Positions 42,881-53,352 of a DNA stretch of 64,000 nucleotides are shown piece by piece. The notes below the pieces were generated by a model. That model ran no database searches. It was given only the letters and a program-made list of their open reading frames with translations, and was not told the DNA's origin. Within the stretch, counting starts at the first letter, position 1. Each line of letters begins with the position of its first letter. The translations under genes and the position numbers were made by a program. The DNA is from Burkholderiaceae bacterium (GTDB lineage Bacteria; Pseudomonadota; Gammaproteobacteria; Burkholderiales; Burkholderiaceae): positions 17,364-81,363 of the forward strand of contig JAHFQJ010000001.1 of assembly GCA_023266335.1 (NCBI GenBank). Direction: 5' to 3'.

Positions 42881-42970
42881 GGTCATTCCTGCGTATGCGG
42901 GAACCCATAGATACCTGCCTCCGCAGGTATGACGCTCGTTATAACAGACGTATTAATACCAAATCCAGCA
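42881..42970 (+). repeat. dispersed palindromic repeat, family B (best copy)
   Basis: ggtcattcctgcgtatgcgggaacccatagatacctgcctccgcaggtatgacgctcgttataacagacg...aaatccagca. It contains two hairpins: ttcctgc-gtat-gcgggaa (42886-42903) and atacctgc-ctcc-gcaggtat (42911-42930). Confidence 0.7.
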
Positions 42971-43015
42971 AAAAGCAGATTTTATTTTTGGCATCGTTAC
43001 TTTTGATTATTAAAG

Positions 43016-43435
43016 TTATTTGGTATTATAATAAACAGATCTCTCCAGTGCTTCGTTTTCTTGAAGATGTGTTTTACAATACTCGTATCTGTCGGTCATA
43101 TTGCCATCTTTATCATATAATGGATGTACCTCAAGACTACATTCACCCCCTATCTTCGCTTTATATCTGCATGCAACAGATGAATCTGATAATTTGGGTA
43201 GTTTGTTAAAACACCTATCGCATAAATTGTTTTGTAAATTTCTTCCGCGACAATCATACAAATGCAGTGGAGCAACCATAGTATAATATTCTACAGGAGG
43301 AAAACCTATTCGAGTATACGCGGTTAATTTCCTGCCATCATTCGCTCTGGAGCAGCATACATCATTTGGAACAGGAGATGAAGGTATCTTCTCAACAGTT
43401 CTTTCAATTGCAATTGCCATAATATACCTTTTCAT
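43016..43435 (-). CDS. hypothetical cysteine-rich protein
   Basis: 139-aa ORF with nine Cys (CC, C, CxxC, C, C, C). No recognisable family. The antisense ORFs in the track are less plausible. Confidence 0.45.
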   Translation of the reverse strand: MKRYIMAIAIERTVEKIPSSPVPNDVCCSRANDGRKLTAYTRIGFPPVEYYTMVAPLHLYDCRGRNLQNNLCDRCFNKLPKLSDSSVACRYKAKIGGECSLEVHPLYDKDGNMTDRYEYCKTHLQENEALERSVYYNTK

Positions 43436-43541
43436 TTTAAATGATTAATTGTACAAATTCTGTTATATATCAAAACTAAAATCTTTGTGCTAGTTTATGT
43501 TAAACTTTATAAGTTGTTAATTATATCATTAATATTTCTAC

Positions 43542-44558
43542 ATGCTAATCCCTTTTAATCAGCTAAAAAAACATTTGCAGCAAGCTTGGCAACCCCCATA
43601 TGTAATTTATGGAGATGAGCTTTTATTAGTTGAGCAGACTAAGCAATATATTTTATCTGCATCAAAACAGCATGGATTCGGCTATAAACAAAGTTTTAAT
43701 TTAGACGGTGTGGCACAATTGCCGTGGCAAAATCTTTATAGTGAAATTAACAGCATGAGTTTATTTGACGGAAAATGTTTAGCCGTTGCCAATTTGCCCA
43801 ACGGCAAACCCGGTAAATACGGCAGTGAAATGCTGAATAAAATGTTAAAAGAACAAGCTGGTTTTGTTTTAATTCTGCCAAAAATTGATAGAGCTTCTCA
43901 ACAAACAGTATGGTTTATCAATTTAAAACAAAAAGCAAGTTTTATTGAAATCCCTTCTATTGATAGTAAAACAATGCCTTTGTGGATTTCTCATACCTGC
44001 AAAGAATTAGGTATCAACATAGACAATTCACATAATTTAGAAATAATAGCGTGGCTAAGCGGACAATTTGAAGGGAATTTAATCAGCGCTTATCAAGAAT
44101 TACAAAAATTAGCTTTAATTTACCCGTCGTCTATTTCACCTAGTTTAAGTGAAATTCAGCAGGTTGTATTAAATGTATCAAAATATAGTGTCAATGACTT
44201 GATTGAAAATTGCTGGAGAGGAAATTTAGAGACCAGCATGAAAATTATTGATTATTTAAAAGACCAAAACCCGATTTTATGCTTGTGGCTATTTGCCGAA
44301 GATATAAATTTAATGTTAAAAATTTTAAAACAAATTAAACAAGGCAAAAGACAATCAGAATTATTTAAAACTTACCGTATTTGGGGAAACCGTGAACAAT
44401 CTTTTAATTTGGCACTTAAGCGGCTGCATGCAGATAAATTAAAAATAATTTTAGAAAAATGTTATGAAATTGAAAAACAAATTAAAGGCGCTAATCCGCA
44501 TAGTGATAATTTATGGCAGTCTATCCAATGGTTAGTTATAAAGTGTATTAAATATTAA
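43542..44558 (+). CDS. holA: DNA polymerase III delta subunit
   Basis: 338 aa. N-terminal ...PPYVIYGDELLLVEQ... and overall length and pattern fit HolA. This is a weakly conserved family, so confidence is moderate. Confidence 0.7.
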   Translation: MLIPFNQLKKHLQQAWQPPYVIYGDELLLVEQTKQYILSASKQHGFGYKQSFNLDGVAQLPWQNLYSEINSMSLFDGKCLAVANLPNGKPGKYGSEMLNKMLKEQAGFVLILPKIDRASQQTVWFINLKQKASFIEIPSIDSKTMPLWISHTCKELGINIDNSHNLEIIAWLSGQFEGNLISAYQELQKLALIYPSSISPSLSEIQQVVLNVSKYSVNDLIENCWRGNLETSMKIIDYLKDQNPILCLWLFAEDINLMLKILKQIKQGKRQSELFKTYRIWGNREQSFNLALKRLHADKLKIILEKCYEIEKQIKGANPHSDNLWQSIQWLVIKCIKY

Positions 44559-44887
44559 AAAATAGTATACAAACACCATGCAATTAAACCCGCCAGCAAA
44601 CTTACCCATATTTGTTTAGAATAGATAAAGCTTATAATTGATACAATTACTGCAGCTAATCTCATATTGTGAGTAAATCCCAAAAATTGCCCTTGTACAA
44701 AAAATGTATCTAACATAACAGTGGCAGCTAACGCAACTGCCGGAGCTAATTTTAATACATATTGCCAATTTATATTTAATTTTAACGGCTTTTTAAAAAA
44801 TAAAAACCCGACACGGTTAATTAAAGTTATAAAAAACATGCCGGCAATGGCAATTTCAGTTTGGATACTTTGAAGATAATGCATCAT
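44555..44887 (-). CDS. azlD: AzlD-family branched-chain amino acid transport protein
   Basis: 110-aa hydrophobic ORF directly downstream of the AzlC-like gene. Confidence 0.7.
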   Translation of the reverse strand: MMHYLQSIQTEIAIAGMFFITLINRVGFLFFKKPLKLNINWQYVLKLAPAVALAATVMLDTFFVQGQFLGFTHNMRLAAVIVSIISFIYSKQIWVSLLAGLIAWCLYTIF

Positions 44888-44911
44888 ACTTTAACCCTAG
44901 TAAATATAATC

Positions 44912-45625
44912 TCAAATAACTTTATTTGTCGTTTTTTCCATATAAAGCTGCCATGCAAATGCCATTATCATGCTGGAAATAACTGCAATAATTAAAGGCA
45001 GTCTAAATGGAAGCCAATAAAAATAAGATGCAATGAATAAAGAAATTAAAGTAATGACAATAAAAGATTTATTTTGCAGATTACTAACTAAAATAGGTAC
45101 TAAACCTAAAGTACCTAAAAATCCTATTTGCCATTCCGCTTTAAATAATTGGGCAAATACAATACCAAATATATTCCAAAATTGCCATACAAAATAATTT
45201 ATCAAACATGCTCCCCAAAAAAACCCCACTTGTTCCTCTTGAGTTTCTACATTTTTTGCCGGCATAGGGTAGCGCCGTATAAATTCCAAATAAATCATAT
45301 CACCATTTAAATAACCTAAAAGCAGCCTTTTAGAATAAGGTAAATGAGCAAAGTAAGGCTGTAAACCAGCTGAAAATATTAAAAATCTAGTGTTAACAAT
45401 AAAACCGGCTAACCATATAAATAAAATCGGAGCATGATTAGCAAATAAAGGCAAAGCCACTAATTGTGCACTTCCAGCATAAGCACAAAGAGCAAACATA
45501 ATCGCTTGGCACATAGTAAGACTGCTTTGTCCCATTGCAATACCTGTTGCTATACCCCACACAGCAGTAGCAATTGAATTAGGCAATAAAGCTTTAATGC
45601 CAGCTTTGTGATATTTATTTAACAT
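44912..45625 (-). CDS. azlC: AzlC-family branched-chain amino acid transporter permease
   Basis: 237-aa polytopic ORF. AYAGSAQL... and the pairing with azlD are typical. Confidence 0.75.
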   Translation of the reverse strand: MLNKYHKAGIKALLPNSIATAVWGIATGIAMGQSSLTMCQAIMFALCAYAGSAQLVALPLFANHAPILFIWLAGFIVNTRFLIFSAGLQPYFAHLPYSKRLLLGYLNGDMIYLEFIRRYPMPAKNVETQEEQVGFFWGACLINYFVWQFWNIFGIVFAQLFKAEWQIGFLGTLGLVPILVSNLQNKSFIVITLISLFIASYFYWLPFRLPLIIAVISSMIMAFAWQLYMEKTTNKVI

Positions 45626-45634
45626 ATCATTAAT

Positions 45635-46333
45635 TTAATTAGGATTTGCATGATTTTGCGGCAGCATTGCCGGTTGAGACTGAATAGAGGGCTGTGCTAC
45701 ACCTTCATTACTTTGATTTTGATTGAGAACAGCAGGAACTGGCTGATTTGGCTGTTGTGCATAATTATCCATAGCTTGATTATTGATTATATTTGGATTA
45801 TTTGTTTCAGCTCCATATATAATTGGTTCAGGCAAATTATTCGGCGGTTGAGGCAAAATTCCATTCACAGCATTATTTGCATAATTTATATCATTATTTG
45901 ATGATGAAGCTTTAGTTTGAGATATAAATAATTTTTGGATATTGCCCTGTTTTTCAAAATTAATATCTTGTTTATTAATGGCAGTAAGCTTGCCCAAGTT
46001 TGGCAGCTCTTGTCTAATTCTATAAATAGAGTTTTTTCCGTCAATGTTTAAAATTATGTAGCTTTTATCTGAATTATGTATATTTTGTATAATTCCAACT
46101 AAATTAACATTAGAACTTATTTGAGATTCATTCAAAGAAAATAATTGTTTTGATGCTTCACCTAAAAAAATACTTTTATGAGCAGGCATGAGTAAATTAA
46201 AAGAAGCAGTTTTCTGATTTAAAACCTGAATTTGCATTGCCCAAAATGCAATTACGGAAAGAATAATAGCTGAGCTGAATATAACAGACTTAATTGAGAA
46301 TTTTTGCATAGTCATTCCGATATTGATATTCAA
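45635..46333 (-). CDS. type II secretion system protein C-like (N-terminal TM + HR-type domain, Q/N/P-rich tail)
   Basis: There is one TM segment, then NVNLVGIIQNIHNSDKSYIILNIDGKNSIYRIRQELPNLGKLTAINKQDINFEKQGNIQKLFIS. This fits the L.G......A.I...G....Y..G..L......I....V.L...G....L pattern of the GspC HR domain. No PDZ or coiled-coil is recognisable. Confidence 0.4.
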   Translation of the reverse strand: MNINIGMTMQKFSIKSVIFSSAIILSVIAFWAMQIQVLNQKTASFNLLMPAHKSIFLGEASKQLFSLNESQISSNVNLVGIIQNIHNSDKSYIILNIDGKNSIYRIRQELPNLGKLTAINKQDINFEKQGNIQKLFISQTKASSSNNDINYANNAVNGILPQPPNNLPEPIIYGAETNNPNIINNQAMDNYAQQPNQPVPAVLNQNQSNEGVAQPSIQSQPAMLPQNHANPN

Positions 46334-46450
46334 ACTGATAACCAGTGATAGAAATTCAGATGAATGAGTAAATATAATGTATAAATATACTAAATATAGT
46401 ATACTACTTAAAAAAATATTTGATAACCTGCTATCATATTTATGGTATTA

Positions 46451-47230
46451 TTATGAGATGATAAAATTTAGATTACGTATAATTAAGCTTAAAGCTATGC
46501 AAATAATTACAACGGCAAATCCATATTGAATATATTTTTCAGAAATATAAACGCTAAGTTTTCTGCCGGCTAACATTCCAATAACTACAGCTATAGAAAA
46601 TACAACCGTAAGTTTTAACGGTATATATATGCCGTGGATAACCGTAAAATATACACTGACCAAACTTATCAAACAACTTACTGTTAAAGATGTTGCAATT
46701 ATGCTATGCATAGATAAATTTGTAAATTTTTTTAATAGCGGCACAATTATAAATCCGCCTCCCACACCCAATAAACCGGATAAAAATCCGACAATAGATC
46801 CAATACCGCCTACAAATAATCCGGTATTTACATTCCAATAAAATTTACCATTTTTAGGGTTGATATGAGCAATAATATTTTGTTTTGCATTAATTGTAAA
46901 AATAAGGCGCATGGCTACAATTAACATAATACATGCAAATAAAATTAATAAATAAGGTTGAGGCAGTTTTTTGGCTAGATTAACCCCTATAAAACTAAAG
47001 GGTAATGCAAAACATGCCATTAGAAGGGCAGCTTTATAACGTACAATTTTTTGTTTAATTCCAGCAGCTGCGGCAATTGATGAAGAACAAGCAATTGCAA
47101 TTAATCCAATCGGCACAGCTTGTGATAGAGGAATACCAATAAAATGTAAAATAGGTGCAGATAAAATTCCGCCTCCTGCACCAGTTAGACCAAGAATTAT
47201 CCCAATAAGTATGCCGCATATTATATACAT
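46451..47230 (-). CDS. TauE/SafE (TSUP) family anion exporter
   Basis: 259 aa with an internal duplication carrying GLTGAGGGILSAPIL and GLLGVGGGFIIVPLL. Confidence 0.8.
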   Translation of the reverse strand: MYIICGILIGIILGLTGAGGGILSAPILHFIGIPLSQAVPIGLIAIACSSSIAAAAGIKQKIVRYKAALLMACFALPFSFIGVNLAKKLPQPYLLILFACIMLIVAMRLIFTINAKQNIIAHINPKNGKFYWNVNTGLFVGGIGSIVGFLSGLLGVGGGFIIVPLLKKFTNLSMHSIIATSLTVSCLISLVSVYFTVIHGIYIPLKLTVVFSIAVVIGMLAGRKLSVYISEKYIQYGFAVVIICIALSLIIRNLNFIIS

Positions 47231-47478
47231 GTAATTATAACTAATTATTATATTTAACCAGCCAATATTTTATCATTATTAATTTTAATAGTGTCAACAA
47301 TTAATTTGCCAGTTAATTCTAAGTTTTGTGCATATTCTCTTGGAATGACAGTCACAGGGAATTGTATTAAAATTCCAAAAATTATATATTATTTTTTAAT
47401 AAAAATTATTTGATATTGACAATAATCCGCCAAATGATAACATAGCATAAATATATTGTAAAATAAGTATAATTTTAA

Positions 47479-48357
47479 ATGCAGCCACATATGCCATATA
47501 TAAAAGAGTTTTTTGACGAATCTACCTCTACATTCAGCTATATTGTTTATGACAAACCTCACGGAACAGGTGCAATTATAGACCCAGTTTTAGATTACGA
47601 TTATAAATCAGGCACTATTCAAACAGTAAATGCAGATAAATTATTAGAATTTGTAACAAAAAAAAAATTAACTATCGAATGGATTTTAGAAACTCATGTA
47701 CATGCTGATCATTTATCTAGTGCGCAATACTTAAAACAAAAATTAAATTCAAATGCTAAAGTAGCTATTAGTAAACATATTATTTTACTTCAAAAAACAT
47801 TTCAAAAAATATTTAATCTAGATTTTAATACAGACGGTTCAGATTTTGATTATTTATTTGAAGAGAATGAAATATTCAGTATCGGCAGTTTAAGCGCACA
47901 AGCCTTATTTGTTCCTGGGCATACGCCAATTGATACTGCATATAAAGCCGAAAATGCATTATTTGTAGGCGATAGCATTTTTATGCCGGATGTCGGCACA
48001 GCAAGATGTGATTTTCCGCATGGAAATGCAGAAGATTTATATAACTCTATTCAAAAAATTTTATCTATGCCTGATGATATTATTTTGTATATGTGTCATG
48101 ATTATCCGCATAACAGAGCTGTTAAATATCAATCTAATATACATGAACAAAAATTGTATAATATTCATGTAAAAGACAATATTACTAAAGAACAGTTTGT
48201 ATCTATGCGTCAAACTCGTGATGCATCTTTAGAAATGCCGGCTTTAATTTATCCTTCAATTCAAGTTAACATGCGTGCAGGAAAATTTCCGCAGCCGGAA
48301 GAAAATAGTAAAATGTATCTAAAAATACCTCTAAATCTAAAATTTGATAAGTCTTAA
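47479..48357 (+). CDS. MBL-fold metallo-hydrolase (persulfide-dioxygenase/glyoxalase II-like)
   Basis: HxHxDH motif ETHVHADHLS, then VPGHTP and CHDY further downstream. 292 aa. Confidence 0.75.
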   Translation: MQPHMPYIKEFFDESTSTFSYIVYDKPHGTGAIIDPVLDYDYKSGTIQTVNADKLLEFVTKKKLTIEWILETHVHADHLSSAQYLKQKLNSNAKVAISKHIILLQKTFQKIFNLDFNTDGSDFDYLFEENEIFSIGSLSAQALFVPGHTPIDTAYKAENALFVGDSIFMPDVGTARCDFPHGNAEDLYNSIQKILSMPDDIILYMCHDYPHNRAVKYQSNIHEQKLYNIHVKDNITKEQFVSMRQTRDASLEMPALIYPSIQVNMRAGKFPQPEENSKMYLKIPLNLKFDKS

Positions 48358-48359
48358 TA

Positions 48360-49640
48360 TTATACTAAAGAATTAAATACTAATTTAGCTTTATTTAAAG
48401 CCTCATCTAAAATTTCTATACTATGCTGACTTGACATAAATCCGGCTTCATAAGCTGACGGCGCTAAATAAACCCCGTTTTCTAACATGCCATGGAAGAA
48501 TTTTTTGAATTTATTAATATCAGCTTTTTCAACGTCCTGCAGATTATTCGGCAAATATTTCATAAAATAAAAACCAAACATGCCGCCAACACTTTGAGCA
48601 CAAAATTCAATACTCTGCTGTTTGGCTAAGGTTATTAAACCATCGATAAAATATTGTGTTTTATTTGTTAAATTACTGAAAAAATTTTCTTGTGATATTA
48701 AATCTAAAGTGGCTAAACCCGCAGTAACTGCAATTGGATTACCGGATAAAGTACCGGCTTGATATACATTACCAACCGGAGCAAGCTTTTGCATGATTTC
48801 TTTTTTGCCACCAAAAGCCGCTAAAGGCATACCGCCGCCAATAACTTTGGCAAGACAAGTTAAATCTGGTTTAATATTGTATATTTCCTGCGCTCCGCCT
48901 AGTGCTGCTCTAAATCCGCTCATTACTTCATCAAAAATTAATACGCTTTGATAATCTGTGCATAATTTACGTAATGTCTGCAAAAATTCTAAATTAGCCG
49001 GCACTAAATTCATATTTCCGGCAATTGGCTCAATAATGACAGCTGCTATTTTATCGCCATATTCTTTAAATGTTCGGGATAATACTTCAATATCATTATA
49101 TTCAAGCACCATGGTATGCTGGATTATAGCTTGTCCAACCCCAGCTGAAGTCGGATGCCCGAATGTTACTAAACCAGAACCTGCCTTAACTAATAAACAA
49201 TCTGCATGCCCATGATAACCACCGGCAAATTTAATAATCATTTCCCTATTTGTATAACCGCGGGCTAAACGAATTGCACTCATTGTGCTTTCAGTACCAG
49301 AGGAAACCAAACGCACTTGCTCCATGCTTGGAACATGCTGAATTAATCTTTGAGCAAATAAAATTTCTAATTCTGTTGGAGCGCCAAACGATAAGCCATT
49401 TTGCATTGCCGCTGTTATTTTTTCTAATACATACGGATGAGCATGCCCTACAATCATTGGTCCCCATGAGCCAACCATATCAATATATTCTTTTCCATTT
49501 GCATCATATACATAAGCACCTTTACCTTTTGTAATAAATAATGGTGTTCCGCCCACAGCGTTAAAAGCCCGTACGGGTGAATTCACTCCGCCCGGTATAT
49601 ATTGCTTTGCTTGGTCAAATAATATTTGATTGTTATTCAT
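48360..49640 (-). CDS. hemL: glutamate-1-semialdehyde 2,1-aminomutase
   Basis: Motifs [12 protein letters not shown] and [19 protein letters not shown] (PLP lysine). 426 aa. Confidence 0.93.
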   Translation of the reverse strand: MNNNQILFDQAKQYIPGGVNSPVRAFNAVGGTPLFITKGKGAYVYDANGKEYIDMVGSWGPMIVGHAHPYVLEKITAAMQNGLSFGAPTELEILFAQRLIQHVPSMEQVRLVSSGTESTMSAIRLARGYTNREMIIKFAGGYHGHADCLLVKAGSGLVTFGHPTSAGVGQAIIQHTMVLEYNDIEVLSRTFKEYGDKIAAVIIEPIAGNMNLVPANLEFLQTLRKLCTDYQSVLIFDEVMSGFRAALGGAQEIYNIKPDLTCLAKVIGGGMPLAAFGGKKEIMQKLAPVGNVYQAGTLSGNPIAVTAGLATLDLISQENFFSNLTNKTQYFIDGLITLAKQQSIEFCAQSVGGMFGFYFMKYLPNNLQDVEKADINKFKKFFHGMLENGVYLAPSAYEAGFMSSQHSIEILDEALNKAKLVFNSLV

Positions 49641-49719
49641 GGTAATATTTGCAAATCTTTATTATAATAATATTTTACATATAAACTAAATTAAAATATA
49701 TATATTTTAGGAAAATAAT

Positions 49720-50079
49720 ATGCTACTAAGTTTTCAACATGCTCATAAAGAAACTAAGACTGTAGATACAGGGCTTCCAGCTGTTGTAAATAATGCTAAA
49801 ATTTTAGGCAAACATAGCAAAACTGTGGTCCACCTAGCATCTTTGATTAGTGTGCCTAGTACTAGACAAATTTTTTTCATATTAGAATGCACATATTGTA
49901 TTCCTAATGGAAAAGATCCAATAGAAATAAAAGATGTAGAAGAGCCTGACCTTTCTCAATCCAACTGTCAAAGAATTATGAGAAAACATATAATAGAACA
50001 TCCAGAGTTTCAAAACTTATGTAAAGATTTTCGAGATTTACTTCAAGAACATAAAGATAAGGCACTAGGTGAAAAATAA
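49720..50079 (+). CDS. hypothetical protein
   Basis: 119-aa ORF that fills the hemL-metK gap. No recognisable domain. Confidence 0.4.
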   Translation: MLLSFQHAHKETKTVDTGLPAVVNNAKILGKHSKTVVHLASLISVPSTRQIFFILECTYCIPNGKDPIEIKDVEEPDLSQSNCQRIMRKHIIEHPEFQNLCKDFRDLLQEHKDKALGEK

Positions 50080-50092
50080 ACTAATACTAAAC

Positions 50093-51289
50093 TTAAACTA
50101 GTACCGAGGGACTATCCTTGGTTACAGTTTTACTTGCATCTTGTCTTATTGCATCTGCTTTATCTGTTGCTTCCCAAGTAAAATCACTATCTTCTCTGCC
50201 AAAATGTCCGTAAGCTGCAGCTTTAGTATAAATTGGACGTAATAAATCTAACATTTGAATTATGCCTTTTGGTCTTAAATCAAAATGCTTTTCTATAAGT
50301 TGTGCAATTTCTGTATCTGATATTATGCCTGTGCCAAATGTATCCACCATAACAGATGTTGGTTTAGCGATGCCAATTGCATACGATATTTGAATTAGGC
50401 AACGTTCTGCTAATCCGGCGGCCACTATATTTTTTGCGGCATATCTGCCGGCATAAGCTGCTGACCTGTCTACTTTTGAAGGGTCTTTACCTGAAAATGC
50501 ACCGCCGCCATGGGGGGCAGCTCCACCATAGGTATCAACAATAATTTTTCTGCCAGTCAAACCACAGTCGCCTTGCGGTCCGCCAATGACAAATTTTCCG
50601 GTTGGATTGATAAAATATTTCACATTATCATTCATTAAATGTTTTGGCATTATAGGTTTGATAATTTCTTCAATAACTGCTTCTTTTAAAACAGAATATT
50701 CAACTTCCGGCGAATGTTGAGTTGATAACACAATTGTGTCTACAGCAACAGGTTTTCCATTTTTATATTTTAATGTAACTTGACTTTTTGCATCGGGACG
50801 CAACCATGGCAATGCTTTTAATTTTCTTAAGGCTGCCTGCTGTTCCATCAAGCGGTGAGCGTAGTAAATAGCTGCCGGCATTAAAGCTGGAGTTTCTGTG
50901 CAGGCATAGCCAAACATTAAGCCCTGATCGCCAGCCCCTTGATCTAAGTCTAACCCTTTGCCTTCATCAACACCCAGCGCAATATCCGGCGATTGCTTGT
51001 CATAGCATACTGCTACTGCACAACCTTTATAGTCGATACCATATTCAGTATTGTCATAACCAATTCTTTGTATTGTTTGACGTGCAATATCAATATAATC
51101 TACACTTGCATGTGTAGTAATTTCACCTGCCAAAACCACCAAGCCTGTATTACATAGAGTTTCTGCCGCAACACGGGCATAACGGTCTTTAGTTAAAACT
51201 GCATCTAGTATTGCATCGGAAATTTGGTCTGCAACTTTGTCCGGATGCCCTTCAGACACTGATTCTGAAGTAAATAAATATTCACTCAT
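50093..51289 (-). CDS. metK: S-adenosylmethionine synthase
   Basis: Motifs [47 protein letters not shown]. Confidence 0.97.
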   Translation of the reverse strand: MSEYLFTSESVSEGHPDKVADQISDAILDAVLTKDRYARVAAETLCNTGLVVLAGEITTHASVDYIDIARQTIQRIGYDNTEYGIDYKGCAVAVCYDKQSPDIALGVDEGKGLDLDQGAGDQGLMFGYACTETPALMPAAIYYAHRLMEQQAALRKLKALPWLRPDAKSQVTLKYKNGKPVAVDTIVLSTQHSPEVEYSVLKEAVIEEIIKPIMPKHLMNDNVKYFINPTGKFVIGGPQGDCGLTGRKIIVDTYGGAAPHGGGAFSGKDPSKVDRSAAYAGRYAAKNIVAAGLAERCLIQISYAIGIAKPTSVMVDTFGTGIISDTEIAQLIEKHFDLRPKGIIQMLDLLRPIYTKAAAYGHFGREDSDFTWEATDKADAIRQDASKTVTKDSPSVLV

Positions 51290-51339
51290 AACTCTCCTAA
51301 TTTATCCATGCTTAGGCGAATCGCTTTAGCAGTATTTTT

Positions 51340-51382
51340 AAGTTAAAAATCCAACGCCCTGCAAGTTGTAACTCGGCGTTTG
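51340..51382 (-). promoter_or_regulatory. terminator-like hairpin + U-tract inside the metK leader (possible attenuator)
   Basis: The minus-strand sense reads CAAACGCC-gagttacaacttgcag-GGCGTTGG followed by ATTTTTAAC. It lies about 50-90 nt upstream of the metK ATG. Confidence 0.25.
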
Positions 51383-51713
51383 AAATATTATAACCGGATA
51401 TGTGTAAAAAGCAATTCAAAATAGCGGCTAAAACTTTATTACCACAGATATTATTGTTATAATAGCATGCATTTTAAATATGAAATTTAAGGAGTTCAAT
51501 ATGAGAATTGAAAAAGTACAAATGCTAAAACAAACTTAGTAAATCATCAAAGAGTTTCTAATTATGATGGGGGGAGTTTTAATGGTCAAAATCCTTTATG
51601 CAGAAAATGCCATAACGCACCAGCTTATGTGATTAGTAACTATTTCGGTTTTTATGCCGGATTGTGTTTGGGGTATATCAAGCTTTAACTGGCTCTAAGT
51701 AAGAATTGTAATT

Positions 51714-53249
51714 ATGAACAAAATTGGCTTTTTAGTAATTAATAGAAAATTTATTCCAATTGATAACAGTAGCAAGTGCATAAATGCATTGCTCAGTTCT
51801 TTATCAAAATCTCCAAAAATAAAATCAGCATATACAACATTTGATCTAGATGATAATCTGATAAGAAAATTATATGTGATAGATGGTAAATATTACACTT
51901 TAGATGAAGTAGATGAATATTATAATAGACCTGAAAATGAAGGTAAAACATACGCACGTATTTCTGTGAATTTATTATCAAAAGATGCCAAACCAGCTTT
52001 GGAAAATATAAAAAAAGCACAGCAGCAATATTTTCCGGAGGCACATACACAAATCATTACATCACGTATTAATTGTAAGACGTTTATACCAAAAGAAATA
52101 CAAAAAACCGGATTGGGTGAAATTTTAGGCAATGATTATTTTATTACTATATCCGGCAGAAGCAAACCAAAAACAGAAGCATTCAGTGATGCTAAAAAAT
52201 ATTATGCTCTTTCTAAAAAACTACAAAATCTAGGTGTGCCAATTACTCCAATGTTAGCTTATATTCTTAATCAAATTATAGAGCTAAATCAAAAAAGTCA
52301 GAAATGTATAGTTATAAACATTGGAAATCAAGAACTAAAATTAAGTTCAAATGCATTAAATAATTTTAAGAGAAAAAATAATATTGATGGAGACTTTGAT
52401 ATTAATTCTTCGTTAACTCTAGATACTTTTGATCATGAAGACAGATTTAATAATATAACAATATTAGAACCAAAAAAAGAACTGATTGAAAAAAAGATGC
52501 TGGATAAATTATTTATCGCAGATGAAAAAACTAGTGGAGATGGAGTAATATTAAATATTGTATCAGGAAAATTAGAAAAGTCTTTATCATTTTTAGTAAG
52601 CAGTTTTTTATCCGGTTTAGCTGAAGATAATAAAGAGTCTACAATAATTATCCATAGTGGTGATGATTACAGAGCAGATATAGGCTTAGCTGTAAACCAG
52701 AAAAAAATAGGATATAACAGTATAGGAATTTTTAATTTAACCAATATTATTGATAGCGAACAAGCTGAGCAATTTGCAAAAGTTAAGCAGTTATATTCAG
52801 AAAATAAACAGCAGGAAATCAAAGAGTTTATAGAAAAATATGAGCTTGCATCTGACAAATTAACGAAGGATAAAGATAATTTATATGATGCGAGAAATAA
52901 ACTTGGGAAGGAAAAAATTACTCCTTACATTCCAGAAAATGAAAGACAAAAATTCTTGCATTTAGTGTTTGCATATTCAAATAATAGTAATGACGATTTA
53001 AAAACTATAGAGTCGTATCTTACGCAATGTGAAACAGAGGCTGCACAAGATTTTATTCGGATAATACAGGAAATAGAAGAGAATAGGAGCATAACCAATG
53101 ATGCCAATTTTTATAAAAAAACATTTATTCAAAGTATCGAAAATGCAGATTCTATTGGTATGCCTTTATTTGTAGTGTCCAATATGAATTATTTTGCCCA
53201 AGCTTATCGCTTAGGCTTAGAGGCAGTAAATCAGCATAATAATTTGTGA
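51714..53249 (+). CDS. hypothetical protein (511 aa, no recognisable domain)
   Basis: Long uninterrupted ORF on the same strand as, and 103 bp upstream of, the T4SS-ATPase-like gene. K/N/E-rich with no signal peptide, TM segment or known motif. Confidence 0.55.
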   Translation: MNKIGFLVINRKFIPIDNSSKCINALLSSLSKSPKIKSAYTTFDLDDNLIRKLYVIDGKYYTLDEVDEYYNRPENEGKTYARISVNLLSKDAKPALENIKKAQQQYFPEAHTQIITSRINCKTFIPKEIQKTGLGEILGNDYFITISGRSKPKTEAFSDAKKYYALSKKLQNLGVPITPMLAYILNQIIELNQKSQKCIVINIGNQELKLSSNALNNFKRKNNIDGDFDINSSLTLDTFDHEDRFNNITILEPKKELIEKKMLDKLFIADEKTSGDGVILNIVSGKLEKSLSFLVSSFLSGLAEDNKESTIIIHSGDDYRADIGLAVNQKKIGYNSIGIFNLTNIIDSEQAEQFAKVKQLYSENKQQEIKEFIEKYELASDKLTKDKDNLYDARNKLGKEKITPYIPENERQKFLHLVFAYSNNSNDDLKTIESYLTQCETEAAQDFIRIIQEIEENRSITNDANFYKKTFIQSIENADSIGMPLFVVSNMNYFAQAYRLGLEAVNQHNNL

Positions 53250-53352
53250 TAGTTTATATTTTAATAAAAAATAATATTCACTTAAAATTTTTCAGTATAA
53301 AAATATATAGTATAATTTGCTCTTCAACATAGTAATTTTATTCTTGCTTAAT

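Noticed and set aside
42895-43286. Plus-strand ORFs 42895-43209 and 43101-43286
   Set aside because: The first starts inside the family B repeat (MREPIDTCLRRYD... is the repeat read through). Both are antisense to the 139-aa Cys-rich ORF. They are most likely artefacts.
53317-53352. TTG start at 53317 for the IcmB-like ORF (1,031 aa)
   Set aside because: The 12 extra codons are a hydrophobic run with no ribosome-binding site. ATG 53353 (MLFKILHQIWGE...) is the more conventional start. This cannot be settled without data.
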